A stretch of DNA of 63,832 bases, the filler included, from Choristocarpus tenellus KU-1152 (Eukaryota; Protista; Phaeophyceae), in the NCBI GenBank assembly GCA_964200185.2. It is 7 parts of 7 records of this genome, joined end to end, with 100 filler letters (N's around TTAATTAATTAA, not from the genome) between each part and the next. Parts side by side here need not be neighbours in the genome. Positions count along the whole stretch, not along the records: positions 1 to 12,090 come from CAXNAD020001980.1; positions 12,191 to 15,537 come from CAXNAD020020652.1; 5 more parts are not named here. The stretch is one strand, 5' to 3'. Below are positions 1-12,790 of this stretch, one piece after another. Every line of letters begins with the position of its first letter. Position 1 is the stretch's first letter. Position numbers and translations under genes: made by a program. The notes below the pieces were generated by a model that saw nothing but the letters and a program-made list of their open reading frames with translations, searched no databases and was not told where the DNA came from.

Positions 1-2158
1 TCGGATTTGAAAAGCAAGGGAAAAAAAGAGCGGTTTGACCCAAATGACCCCCCCCCCCCAAACCCCCCCCCCCCCCCCCCCCCCCCCAGATACTTTGACC
101 AAGTACAGTCTGGCAAACATGGCTAGTATAAACACTTGTTGAGCAGGCTGCACTACCTTTCCTCCCTCCGCAGCCTTTAGAGTTGAGTAGTAGCCTTCTC
201 CTTCCATTCTTGAGAATATCTCACTCTCCATCGCCCTTCACCTCCAGCATATATACATACTTGGTGAGATCTTGCCTCATCCAGAACATCCCGATGCTCA
301 ACCTTTTGGGAGAGGCCTTGCACACCTCCCCCCAATGATCCCCACTCCATGCTATTCTGCACGCCGCCACAGATGTACCATCTCCAATTCAGACAGGTTT
401 CTTCACAGGTACAACTTTATCAGATATGTTGAAATCCATCTAAAAAATATATTCACATCCCTATCCACCCCCAACTGGATCATTGAGCAGACACCCCTGC
501 ACCTCACCTCATCCATACCTCAATTCCAAAACTAAGTGGCCCCGAAATCGCACTGTTACACTACTGTGTTACTCTTCTTGTGGGTAGATACAGAAATATT
601 GTCACTTGCTCCACCAGGGCATTTCCCTCGTACAGGTTACAATCTTCCTTTCTGCCACACGAACTTTCAAAATCTTGCGTACTGTCTTCATGGGTTGGTC
701 CACTAGAGAACCGTAGAGTTTACAAAACCCAGAACATTAAATTCTCTGAGTGAGGTGCAATGAAATCGGCGTTTTCTGTTGCTCATGGAATTTATTTTTG
801 GTGAGGGACCCAGTTGAAGTGGCTTACTCTAGCATGGCATCGTGCATGCATGCACATCCCTTGTGCTGCTTTTTTGAGGACCTTCGAGAGGAGAAAGTGC
901 TTGCCTGTCAGAATCACCTGGTATACAGCAGTGCACGTCAGATTGATTCCCAACCCGAAACGTTCTAGTTCTAGGAAGGGGGGGGGGATCATCACCCTTT
1001 GCAAACAACTGAACGGCTCATCAATCCAAGCGACAAAAGAACCATCAGGCAAAGCAGCATCAATCCTTTTGTGAGAGATACGTAATTGGAGGTGCCCCAA
1101 CAGAGCATATCAGTAGAATTAGAGTCATATTGATACATCCATCTGAGACTTTCTTGTCGCTTCACAGCAAATACATTTATCAATTATACCAGAATGAGCC
1201 AATACGATGCATTCACCCAAAAAATCTCCATAGCCACCATCAAACTTGTCACTGCTCTCATCATTCCATAATATGTGCCTCTAAAATCGCATGATAATGA
1301 ACAAACAAATAACACTACTAGACTCCAATATTGCAAACACCATAGAGCTCAGAGTATATCCTCTTTGCATCTGACTCCTACAAGAACAATATATCAATTA
1401 ACACAATGATCTGTTGCACACTCCATTCCCTCTTAGTGGAATATAAAAAAGGGGGATCTTAACCAACCTCCACGAAATCCTCCTGGATACCAAACTCATT
1501 GAACTATGTACATGTACATGTATAAAGAACAATCATATGTGGACGAATGGGTATAACCATAAACACTCCTGCCGTTCCTATGCCTCCAACTGAAAAATAG
1601 CTGTTCTGAATTCTTGCTTTATATATATATACTCCGGAGTATATCTGCAGGAGGTTCAAAAGTATACATTCCTGGACAACAACTGAACTTGTTTTACACC
1701 AGGAGAAGGTCAAATAAGGACTACTAGCAACGCCTCTAATTGAGGTGACTTATGGGCTCCAGTCACAATATAGTTGAGCTTGAGAAAGGGAACACGATGT
1801 CCATAATCAACATCTGGTAAACCTACAAAAACAAATAAACTAGAGACTCTGTAAACCTTTATCATCCTTCGTTCTATAAAAACACCCAGGTTTGAACTAT
1901 ACTTATACAGCGTAGGGTCTTCCATCACTCACGATAATGACTAACCAAATATCCATCGTGTGAATGTACCTGAGTTCGTCCTCTGGCAGCATTCAAAGAC
2001 CAGCACATGACAAGCGTATCATCGCTTCTAGGCGGAGCCAGTTCCAGTTGTACCATATTAAAGAAGGTAGATATCCCAAGGAAGATTTCCCTCCAGCACC
2101 GTAGAAGGAAAAGGCTTGGCACTAGAGTTGATTCTGCAGTGAAATATCCTTTTGTTCA

Positions 2159-4655
2159 TCAGTGAAAAGGGCGATGTGCTTCATCCACTGACCTACTCCT
2201 CCTTGGAGTGAGGAGGGCTTGAAAGCTCCGCACCCAGCCTGGACTACGCGCCCAGCTTGGACTGTGATTCCAGTGTAAACTTCTTGATGATGCTCGTTGG
2301 GAGGGATGCTCAGGAGTCGCACATGAGGAGACCAGCTGCATGGAAGCAGATCCTTGCGATCTCTTAGGGTCCACAAGTACAGGACAAGAGACAGATGCTG
2401 TGACTGGAGAAAATGCAGTCATCAGTCGACTCTTTAATGCCAGTCCAGACACTTCTTCAGTAGGGTTGAGGATGACGGTAAGAGCAGCCACAAGGTTGTC
2501 GTTGCAACGGATACGGAAGGCATGAGGGAAGCCTTCGTTCTCGTCTAGTGGCTGGAGACTCTTCAACAACTTTCGAAGGGCAATAAAAGCGTCCTGACAT
2601 CGAACATGAGCCGACGGATGTTGGTAGCGCTTGAAGACCCGGCTCTTGCAAATCTCTGATGATTGCCAATTATAGGAACAAGGTGGTGACAAAGGATGTT
2701 GGTTTAGATGAAGGTAAAAATGAAAACCAAAACAAGCCACGTTGGAGAGTTGAGAGTATACTAACCTTCCAACCTCTACAGCACTCTGCATTCCTACCTA
2801 CTTGATACACCAGTCAATTGATGATCTAGCAATATTGATTTTTCAATCACAACCCTTAGCACTAATTTGATGGATTAAGCCTTGATAGAAGCTGTCCCTA
2901 TCTCTGTGTAACACCCTACTAGATCGAATCGCTCTGCTGCAATGTGCACTCTCAGAAGCTCGCAAGTACTTGAGAGTGCCTTCTAGCACACAGTACACCT
3001 CTCGAGTTGACGTTAACGGTGTTTTCCCTTGCCGAGTATTGTATAATTCAAAAAGATGTTGATAATTCCGTGCCAAGACCTTTCACTTTGGATATAAATG
3101 AGAAGAGAGTCTACCTTGAGACTAGACCAGAGGGAAAGGGAGGGAATGCTGCTAGTGTTTTGTTGAATACTAAAAGTAAAAGTGTTGGCAAAATTGCTTG
3201 GCGTATTGGAGACCCTAGTTCTATTTCTAGGTGAATTTTCTGGATCAGGGTTGGAACTGCTCTCAGCGTCCCAATGACACAAATAATCTGGTTGACAGGT
3301 AAAAAAAAACTGGCGAAAAGGCCTTCACACTTGAGCTGGTATCTTACAAGAACGGAGGAGTGAAACCTCTACTCCCTATGGAATTATGCTGCGTGATTGC
3401 ACACTTAAAACAAGAGCATTGTAAAAGTTCAGCTTGATGCTGTCAGCGCGTTTCTCAGGGGTGTTGCACCCTGGGTTTAAGACTCAGGAATATTACCAAT
3501 TGTCCCCACACACGTATTTGTCATGTTGTACCACAATCAATTGACGCCTTGCCCAGTAAGAGAATATGATCGCATCGGTTTTAAATCTAAGCAATTGGCA
3601 GCATTGCCAACATGCAGCAACGTCCTCTCTCCAACTTATGTTTTCAAAACTTGATTCGACGATGGAAATACAGCATCATCGAGATGTCCGAATGGCCATT
3701 ATGCACAGTATTCCAACAACGTGGAAACAAAGCTGTATTCAAGAACGACAAACTTACACACTTGTGTGTGTGTAGACCACTTCCAAAAGTAAGAGCAGGA
3801 GAGACAGTACTCTACCACTTCATCAATGTCAATCATAGACCAGAACGACAAATCAGGTACCCATCATCAGATCGCAATCGGGGGTACGCAGTTCAGGTGT
3901 CGGAGGTTGTGTCGATGGCGAAACGGCTGGAAACGATTCCCCACTTGTCCTCAAGTTCCGCGCCGAGATTGCGCCTTGTCAAGTCTGTCAACACCCCAGC
4001 TTGGACACACCTCTGATACTTCATCATTTTACTGTCTGTAGTAGGACAGAATGGAGAGTTTCGACCTGGCGAATGGACACTATCGACCAACGCAAGGCAC
4101 ACACCCAAGCAATTCTCAAATTACATAGAAAGAGTTGGCTTGTTCACATTTTCTGCATCGCAAGTCCCCATTTAGCTGCAGCAAATACCTTCACTTTCGT
4201 CCAGCCACAATGATGAGCACGCCTCTAACGGAAGACCAGCTTCGAGACCTATCCTTAACCACGTTGCCCTATCCGCTCGGTGAACGTTGCATCTAGTAGA
4301 GGGAAGAACACAAAATGGTGATGGTAAATGTTCGATTAACACAAAATCGCCACAGAACTAGTTTAAAGTAAATACACGAGGGTAGCCCTTGATGAAAGAA
4401 ACATTTTTATGTTCGAAAATGTGGACATGTATATATACATATATTAATTTGCGCATGCAGTGTGACAAACCTGTCGATGGCGACTCGATGTCCTTGGAAA
4501 AGAGCTTTTCTTGCGCCATCCACACATCTCCTTCTGGAACCGAAGGTGTCCCTACTAACCACAACCCAGCCCAGCCCGGCTAGTACTACACCCACTGTAG
4601 ACTTTCCACTGCCTGGTATACCCATAAGCACAATCATTCGACATCCGCACCCCAT
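2159..4655 (-). CDS. P-loop kinase, AAA_33 / polynucleotide-kinase-like; 3 exons (4655-4471, 4292-4189, 2655-2159), 261 aa
   Basis: ATG in gcaccATGG. Exon 1 encodes Walker A GIPGSGKST and VSRD...VAIDR. GT-AG splicing joins in frame to CNVHRADRATW and then EICKSRVFKRYQHP...LQPLDENEGF, the motif order of AAA_33 kinases. Spliced length 786 nt (261 codons plus stop). Confidence 0.82.
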
Positions 4656-6035
4656 GGTGCTACAGTAGCAGACTTGTCATCGACTCACCCTCAAATATAA
4701 CCCTTGCATTGAGCAAAGTCGGTCGTTGATCGTTTGCTGTCAAGATCAAGTAGAACCGAACCTATCCCATTGTTGGAAAAAAAATAAAGGTTCTGATTGA
4801 AGTTTTTGTTAGTGTTTGTTGTATTGAAATGGAATGTATATATAGAAGCATATGAGATATATATATATTAGCATATGTATCACCATTTTCATGGGTAGTG
4901 ATCAAGTTTAGTATGGAAATATAACTAAATTCCCACGTACACCTAGACATTTTCTTAGTCATAACGTACCGTAAATCAAACCGAAGCAGTAAAAACAGTG
5001 ATTGTTTAACTTCAATGTGTACCTTCCTTCTCACCATAAAAAGATGAATGTTGTGCACACTTTGTTATTAGAGGTGAAGGAGTCTATTTTTTATGTATTA
5101 CGCCTGTATGTGCTCAAAAACATTTTGGGAGAAGTTAGTAGTCTGGGAAGGCTCGTAGTGAGACATTTTTTAATAGATCAGTAGGATATCTTTCACTTTT
5201 ACTATTACTTTTACGTCATTCCTTACAAACGTTGAATTGACTTTGTCCCTGACACATGTTCAAAATGTCCCACGGCAAAATAATATATATTCAATAGTGT
5301 ATGTTCCTTCTTTCATATTTTATTCCAAAACGCCAGTCGGGATATTAATATGTACAGTTTTCCCTCCATATATATTCTCTAGAAAATGTCAGTTATAGAA
5401 GTATGAATGCATCACATGTATATATTATTTAAACCTTCCACACTTTCTGCATGTCCTTGCGAAAAAATGATGTCGTAAAAAGTGCTGTAAATGTAAAAGT
5501 AGTAGTTATTGATGGGAGGCCATCAGTTAAAAAAGTATATTTGAGAGTTTGGATTTGGGTCAACCATACGCTAAATAATCCTCAAGAAAGTGTAAGAAAC
5601 GAATTAATACAAGTTTTGTTCACGGAATCCACATCAATAAATATATAGGTAAACAAGTGAACTCTCAACGAAGAAAAGGTAGAAAGTAGTCATGATTTTA
5701 AAATGAATATATTTGTTATTAATAATATTTTTTTCTACTATAACTACTACTACTACTGCTAATAAATAACAATATAAAATATCATCAGAATACCATGAGG
5801 GATTCCATACTATGGTGGAAAATGTAGTTCAAAGAAGGGAATACACACTATAATACTTGAGAAAAGTCAACAACAAACCATAAAAGAAAAAGAAACCGAT
5901 GGATGAAAAAGAAAAAATAAGACGAGAATAAAATAAATTAGCAGGAAAAATAGAACCTACGAAAGAAAATCACTCTGGAGTGATGGGTGGTGGTTGGAGG
6001 TACCCATGCAGAGTCAGTCACCAGGACCCAGGGAT

Positions 6036-6126
6036 CCAGAACCCAGAAATCAGAACCCAGAAACCAGAAACCAGTAACCAGAAACCAGAACCCAGAACCC
6101 AGAAACCAGAAACCAGAAACCAGCAC
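6036..6126. repeat. 7-bp minisatellite (CCAGAAA/CCAGAAC)n
   Basis: About 13 imperfect tandem units read directly. Confidence 0.9.
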
Positions 6127-7002
6127 CTGACTAGAGTCATTAGTAAAACATGGAAACATAGATGATGACCGATGAGCCAATAGGCTACAGACAATGGAAC
6201 CCTATTGCATGGTTGGTGGGTGAGACTACCCTCAATGGAAGGAAGGGCAGATGATGTTTATGTAAGTTATGTAGGAAGATGTTACACGACCCAAATTTAC
6301 AATAATTATTTTTGTGAAGGGCTTAACCACTACATTCTCCAGGGAAACTATCCGGAGGGTGGAGATCAGACGCTGTTGTCAAGGTCAGGTGAAGGCCAGC
6401 CTCCAACTCCCAAAGCTAGAGGTACTGAGCCATCTGGAGTACGTACTTCTGGAATGTACCTCTGCAAAAATCAATATTCCTAATATCGTGTAGAAGAGAA
6501 TATAACGTGGTATGTTGTAAGGGAATCAAAGTGTCACCCCAGTACTAGCAAGGACAACACAATTTTGATCGTCTGATGTTTTCATTGATGACACTGTGAA
6601 ACAAGGGCTTAACACCACTCCTACATGCCCCTCTTCCTGGAGGAAGTAGCGAAACGAAAAATACAAGCGTCTCGAAAAAAAATCGCCTCAGGCAAGGCCC
6701 CTTGGCAGCCCAGTGTCTTTTGTGGAGGGTCCTTCCAGAGAATCGGGGGACGTCTACACCAACGAAATTTGTATATACTTGGTACCACTTTGAACACGCC
6801 CTCACTCCGTATACCAAGTTCGATATGATCCTCCCCAATACTGGTGCTGGCACATCGTCCTATTTCTGTTCCTCTTTTTGATTTGACCCTTTTCTGTTGC
6901 CAATGGCACTCTTCATTGGGAAACACTACCAGCGATCATTCCTTTGACCTGGTCAGGCGGTGAACTTTGACACCTGCTTCCGGAGTATCTAGTCCTTACT
7001 TA

Positions 7003-7512
7003 AGTCAAGGAAATCGAGAGAGGTAGAATGGTTTAGATCATTTTTTAATTCTAAAAATTCTTTGCTACCCTGTCCAGTACACCCTATTTCATTACTTTAT
7101 ATGATATTCCCCCTTTCCACACAGAAAGTGAGACCTCAATTTAGCAAAGGCTCTTTCGGCATTTGCACAAAAAGGTGTTTTTATTTTATTTTATGGGGTC
7201 GTTCAAATGTGATCTTGCTCATCTCTAAGTTACTTTGGCTCACTACCAGAGAGTCAAACAAACTGACGGGCAGGCATAGCTGGTTTGCATTTTAAAGATC
7301 CCTACAAAGAGCCAAAAGATGGCAAATTGTAAAATTGCAGAAAAACCATTTGATAAATTGTGGTGTCACTTTGTGTGTGGAAGGGGGGAATATCCAGTTC
7401 ACATGCACTATTGTATACATAAAGCAATGAAATAGAGTGATCGCACAGGGTACGAAAGATAGCCTAGAATGCAAAAGGATCCAAACCTGCCTACCTCTCG
7501 ATTGGTTTGACT
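7003..7512. mobile_element. Degenerate foldback / long-TIR non-autonomous element
   Basis: Left arm (agtcaa..aatcgagagaggtag..ctaccctgt..ctatttcatt..gatattccccctttccacaca..aaagtga) is the imperfect reverse complement of the right arm (tcactttgtgtgtggaaggggggaatatc..aatgaaatag..acagggta..ctacctctcgatt..ttgact); arms about 160 bp. Confidence 0.7.
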
Positions 7513-7515
7513 CAA

Positions 7516-7774
7516 GAGTGAAAGTATCTTAGAGGGTACGAGTTTTGCCCTGTTTGTCCATTTGGGGCTTGGCTTCCCATGGGATTTTTCATGACATTTT
7601 CCTACTCCAAAATGTTTCGGAGTAGGTAAAATGTATACCTTATGATAAACTGTGTCCAGAGCAAGGATATTGACACTTCCTAACACAAACGATAGTCAAA
7701 ATTACATCAAAATCGCAACATTGGATTTTGACCTCCTAATGGACGCGCCCCTACCCTCTAAGATACTTTGGTTC
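7516..7774 (-). mobile_element. MITE family A copy 1 (Sola-like), 259 bp
   Basis: TIR core AAAGTATCTTAGAGGGTA...TACCCTCTAAGATACTTT; flanked by TCAA on both sides; inverted relative to copies 2-4. Confidence 0.85.
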
Positions 7775-8329
7775 TCAATTATTCAAGCATAACAAGGTGT
7801 ATTCATGGCGAAGCCAAAATATTGTCTGAGTGAGTGCCTTGCGTTGTGCTCTGTGCCCACACCAGCCTTTCGGATATGTTAGGAGGTTTACGTCCTTTTT
7901 TCATTTTTTTTCAATTTTTTTCCATTTTTTTTTCTGTCACACTGTGCCCACACCAGCCTTTCGTATTATGCCAAGCAGTTTACGTCCTTTTTTCAATTTA
8001 TCTTCCAATTTTTTCCCTTTTTTTTCTATCCCCAGCCCAAACCCGTTAAGAAATGGCCCTCTCCCTACTAAAGAACTACCAGAAACATTTCTCGGATCAT
8101 AGCGGCCTGGAAAGTTGTTTAGGATATACAACTAATTTGTTGTAGACTACAACCAGGTAATAATTTATTGCTCTACATACCCTGCTGTCAGTACAACTAG
8201 TTATTCAACCGAACCCCACTCCCCCAAAAATCTCCATGAATCTTCGTAAGAAAAAATGTGATGATGTTGGTTGAATTTTGTACGAAGTAGTAGTCAATTG
8301 ACGCCTTCTCGTGTACTTCTAATTTCCAC

Positions 8330-8545
8330 TATTTGTGAACATAGCTTATCCAGATGCATATATTATTAGGGAAGTTCTACAACCGAGAATCAAGTTATTG
8401 GTCATGTAGCGGGTATATAGGCTAGTTGGAAGCTTATATATCTCTTAGTAATGTCGCAACATTATGTCCAATTGATGGTGATGACGAAATCATTACAGCC
8501 AATGGTTCTATATGGCGGTTTCATAAACGTCATCGTGAACTTGAT
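8330..8545 (+). pseudogene. Decayed pogo/Tc5 (CENP-B-type HTH) transposase fragment
   Basis: Translates to ITANGSIWRFHKRHREL, resembling the F.ASNGW..RF.KRH motif; interrupted upstream. Confidence 0.4.
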
Positions 8546-10160
8546 GTCGTTGATTATATATAGTGAGCTTGTTCACTATTGCTATACTACTACTTAGTTA
8601 TATTTTGCTAAGTTCTGAGCCAGTCAACCCCCTTTCTATGTTCCTGGATGGTTTACATTATACCCAGTGATCAGGTGCTCTAAGGAAGAAGAAAGTTTGT
8701 GATCCTGTGATATAAGCTTGAATGTTCATCGAGGCATCATGTAAAGCCTGCATTATTTAGAATTGAGGTAACAAAATTCTAACTGGTGAGTTAACTCGGC
8801 ACAGTGTAACAGATGTGCAAGCTCAGGCACCAAACTTGCGTTGACTTGGTGGAAAGAAGTAGTTGTTGGGTGGATTTATTTTGGGTGTAACCCAAAAAAA
8901 CACCGAGTGGGGGAGATATTTGGTGGGTAAATGATGGTGCAAGAAGGAAAGGTATCAAAAGTACTCCAGAGTCTCTTTCTGGAGGACATGTCTGGCATGC
9001 ACAGACGAAGTAGTTTATAGGGGCACAGGTACTCTGCACACACCGTTGTCCTAGAGGAGCCTGTCGGTTGAATATTGGAGATTACAGTGCTATGACATAA
9101 CGTTGACTCAACAAGGGCATCAATTGATGATGTTGAGTAAGAGGCTTCAGAAAAGATTACGACATAACTGACTAACAGATATCTAGGTGATCAACGTATG
9201 TGTCATTGTTGTTGTTAATTCGTATGTTCCTTGAGGGGAAAGTGTAGAGGAATCGTGACAGAACGTGGATTGATTCATGGTTTAATGTTGATATCAAGCA
9301 AGATGAATAACATAAGAAGATTATTTTGGAGACTGAGAGAAGCAGCAACAAGAAAGGATTCAAGGATTGGGTTGTTGATGATGATGATATATGTATGTGC
9401 TGTGTGTTGTCACTGAGCTCTTCCTCGTGGTGAAGAAGCATAAACAGAATGTTTGCCAAAAAATTATGCATGAATTTTTGCTCTACATCATACACTCCTT
9501 GAAATTGCTAGTTATTGTTGTTCTCCCTGTGAGAAGTGAAGGCCAGCCAATACTATCAATAAATTGTACTCAACTTGTGACAACTTTGGATTGGCCCTAT
9601 GTTACATGCTTTCCCAGGCACCTAAGCAGCAGGTACAAGTACAACAAGCTACAAGCACGAGACAGTGACATATGCCTCGAGGTCTTGGCCAAGGCAAATT
9701 TCAAAGGGGCATTTGACCTGCAAAGCATCATCTTACAGTTACGACCAACTCTATTACTAAAGAGCTAGAGTTCCACAAAATATATCAATCACTACGATAA
9801 GTTGTCAAAAAAAATATACACTGGGACTCGTGACTCGAAAGGCACGATTCAAAATGGCATGGATTGCCCTGATCCCAGCAATGACGGTGATGAGACTGCC
9901 TTCTTTTCCTCTTAATGCATTGATCAAGTCGGGGGCACTGCCTCAGACTCGATACACCTTTCTACTCCTCGCCCGTTCACGGTCAACTGTGGAGGAAGGG
10001 ATACTCAAGAATATATGCTAAGCTCCAAATGAAAACAGCTCACACATACGACTAGACGTAATCTGCTACTGACCCGCAACTAAACCGCGACCGTCGACTT
10101 CGGGAAGTTCACCCTTGGCAACTCCAACATCCCAAATCAATGAAGAAAAAGAGCTCATCA

Positions 10161-10580
10161 TCAGACAAGAAGGCGACGAACGTATGGACTCCTGCGGAGA
10201 GTCTGTCGGGTCGAGCAGAGGGGAAAGTGCTTGTTTTTCTTGTACATCTTCTTCCAAGCCTTGTACTTCTTGAAGATGCACTTGCGGCAATTGGGGATGT
10301 TTCTCCGCCCGCATCCATGCCCGATGTTAGATGCAGTCGTACACCTCGAGTCACAGAAGTTTGTCTTCTTCCTGTTGGGCAACCCACCACCTCTCTTCTT
10401 CGACCTTGTCGGACAGTTGCTAGGGTTGCATGTCATCTGCAACCTACGCGTCTCGTTTGTAGTCTTGTTCGAGTCGGCTAGGGTGGAAGTATAAGGGACT
10501 GGACTGGTCGATGAAACAAGGACTACCAGAAGCGCACCCATCACCAACACGGTCCTGAGGATGCTTGAACCGAACAACAT
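10161..10580 (-). CDS. Secreted cationic cysteine-rich peptide precursor, intronless, 139 aa
   Basis: ATG at 10580; hydrophobic signal peptide (MLFGSSILRTVLVMGALLVVLVSS); short pro-region ending TRRLQ; then 8 Cys and 25 K/R versus 1 acidic residue; open to the stop at 10161. Confidence 0.7.
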   Translation of the reverse strand: MLFGSSILRTVLVMGALLVVLVSSTSPVPYTSTLADSNKTTNETRRLQMTCNPSNCPTRSKKRGGGLPNRKKTNFCDSRCTTASNIGHGCGRRNIPNCRKCIFKKYKAWKKMYKKNKHFPLCSTRQTLRRSPYVRRLLV

Positions 10581-10829
10581 AATGATATCGAAGATTGATA
10601 GATAAAATGAAACCCTGGGTATGAATTGTGAGGTCGTGGGCAAATGGAGTGTGAATTGATTGTGAGGCATCTGTTGGGGGTGGGGGTTACTATGGATTCT
10701 CTTGAATCGTAAAACGGATTAACCTCACACACAGTGACCAATCCAATCTAAAATAGTTCTAAATAGTTATATTTAAGTTTAGACACTTTTTTTCATATAT
10801 ATAATTTCATTCCCGTGCATATCTTCAAT

Positions 10830-11700
10830 TTAAGGGATCAATTGAAACTTACAGTAATAAATGTTTTGACGGGAATTCATATGATATCTGTGTTGTTGTG
10901 GGACAGTAAGCAAGACATGAAGAATCCTTCTTCTCATTACACCCAGGGCTACCCCAGAGTATATCGAAAGGAGTGAGGCAACACTTTCGGGCAACTCTAT
11001 AGTGGGGCATACTTCATGGTCATGATGCGGGCATTGTTTCCAAGACCCAGGGAGTCTTGACCAGGATGATGACAGTGATTGTGAAGGTGGCCACATCATT
11101 CGGTCAGACCGTGTCAATACAGGAGACGGAGACTATGTGTTTTTAAGGCCTCCTGAAATGGTTGCGTATACCATCCAGATCTAAGCACTAGACCAGACTG
11201 ATAAAATTGTATACCTTTAGGGCACCATCATCAGTGACTAAGTCACCATCACTATTGAGATAACTGGAGGATCCAGAGAGCTTTGAGTTGTTTTCGTAAA
11301 TACATCCAAGTAATGCTAAACGCCAGGACCTCAGGTATTTCACTTGAAGCTCATAATTAAATGCTCAAGGCTGAGGTGTTTGGTCATATGATTGTATGAC
11401 ATTGACACTCGGCCAGCTCCATTACCTGAAGCTCTGTATTGCATTGGATTCCGCAAACGGGAACACACCAATCATGTCCTGTCAAACAAAGAAGAATCTT
11501 TTGTGAAGACTGTGAGTGTGAAGACTGAGTGTGAGAGATTATTGAGCCAATGGTGCGCAAGCGGAATAATTTTCTATTTGCTGGGTCAGTTGCGTGGGAT
11601 GAGCGACTTTCCAAGTTGTTGATTTCGAGGAGCTTGCGGCAGAGAGACAGAAGCAAGAAGGTGGATAGGAGGAAGATTGGCCAACGTGCCTCCAAGGCGA
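10830..11700 (+). pseudogene. Degenerate non-LTR (RTE-like LINE) reverse transcriptase, C-terminal part
   Basis: Frameshifted fragments resembling FVYLG.TI..D...IEI, MLKAEV, CIGFRKREHTNHVLS and VRKR..LFAG.VA, typical of RTE-type LINE ORF ends. Confidence 0.6.
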
Positions 11701-12090
11701 CCTAGAGGAGTTTGGGGTTAAGGCTTAGGGTTGGAGCAATAGGGTTTATGACCAATGGAAGAAGTGGTGTGAGTGTGTGGCTGCTAGAATAATGGGTTTC
11801 ATGGCAAGGTGACATTCCAAGGAAGCCATGATAGCTTATGGTACGCCATACTAAAGCATCATCTAAGATCATCCAAATCACCAACCCCACCACCATTATC
11901 CTTCTGTGGAATGTTGCCTTCTCCCTGTACTCTTTTTGGCTCTTTTTCGTGGTTCTAATATATATATTTCTCTCTCTCTTCCCCTCATTACATTCTTTTC
12001 GGGTGGTAGAGTTTTGTCCACTTGAGGGTTTTCTCTTCTATTTTTTTGGGTAAAAGTATCTGGGGGGGGTGTCGGCGTCCGTTTTTCACA

Positions 12091-12190
12091 NNNNNNNNNN
12101 NNNNNNNNNNNNNNNNNNNNNNNNNNNNNNNNNNTTAATTAATTAANNNNNNNNNNNNNNNNNNNNNNNNNNNNNNNNNNNNNNNNNNNN
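12091..12190. other. Artificial contig spacer N44-TTAATTAATTAA-N44
   Basis: Identical 100-bp spacer occurs six times; the core places stop codons in all six frames. Confidence 0.97.
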
Positions 12191-12239
12191 GGAAAATATA
12201 CCGGGTACAAGTAACACTGTGTAGATACATCAAACCCAC

Positions 12240-12733
12240 CTCTCCACGCCGGTGGATGCTCTTGCGTTAGGTGTGCCTTTGCAAGCGCTAATGACATGAT
12301 TGGATATCCCGAACGATGCCTTGAAAAACTGCGTACAGACGGGAATGCCGGCTGCGAGCATAGATCCACGTCCAGGTCCCAACTTAATCTCAGGTACACA
12401 GTCGCCAACGAAGTGCTTGCGATCGCGGCAGTTGTCACACGCGCGGATGATGTCCTGCTCTTTGGCCAAGGTGCGTGCAAGGAAGGACTCGTCATCTACC
12501 GCGAACTTCTTCACTCAGGCTAAGCACTTGCAGCAGTCATCCTGTTCGTTGACTGGGATGGGTTCAGCCCATCCTCGGCGAAGCTTGGCGCCGGTCACTG
12601 AAGCGTCATTGGTAGGAAGCTCCAGCGCATCATTGTTGGCGGGCTGGTGAGGGGGCAACATGAGGGGAGACGTAGGTGACAAAAGCCACCCCCTTGCTGT
12701 GGAAGCAACCGTTATGGTGTTTTCGGGCAACAA
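12240..12733 (-). pseudogene. Transposase-like N-terminal exon with an in-frame stop
   Basis: ORFs 12515-12733 and 12230-12514 are one frame split by TGA at 12515-12517; together they give CCKC...CDNC...GIPVCTQFFKASFGIS, similar to the VC..FF...GIS motif of Sola-type transposases; ends at a possible donor AG|gtgggt. Confidence 0.4.
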
Positions 12734-12790
12734 GCGGTCTTAGGCGGTGAGAAGATCTTGGAGTTCTTAGATTCGAAGATGAGCGTACGA

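Noticed and set aside
5938-6180. GFWFL / QKPE repeat ORFs
   Set aside because: Translation of the 7-bp minisatellite.
12135-12146. TTAATTAATTAA palindrome as a biological motif
   Set aside because: Always centred in an identical N block; synthetic linker.
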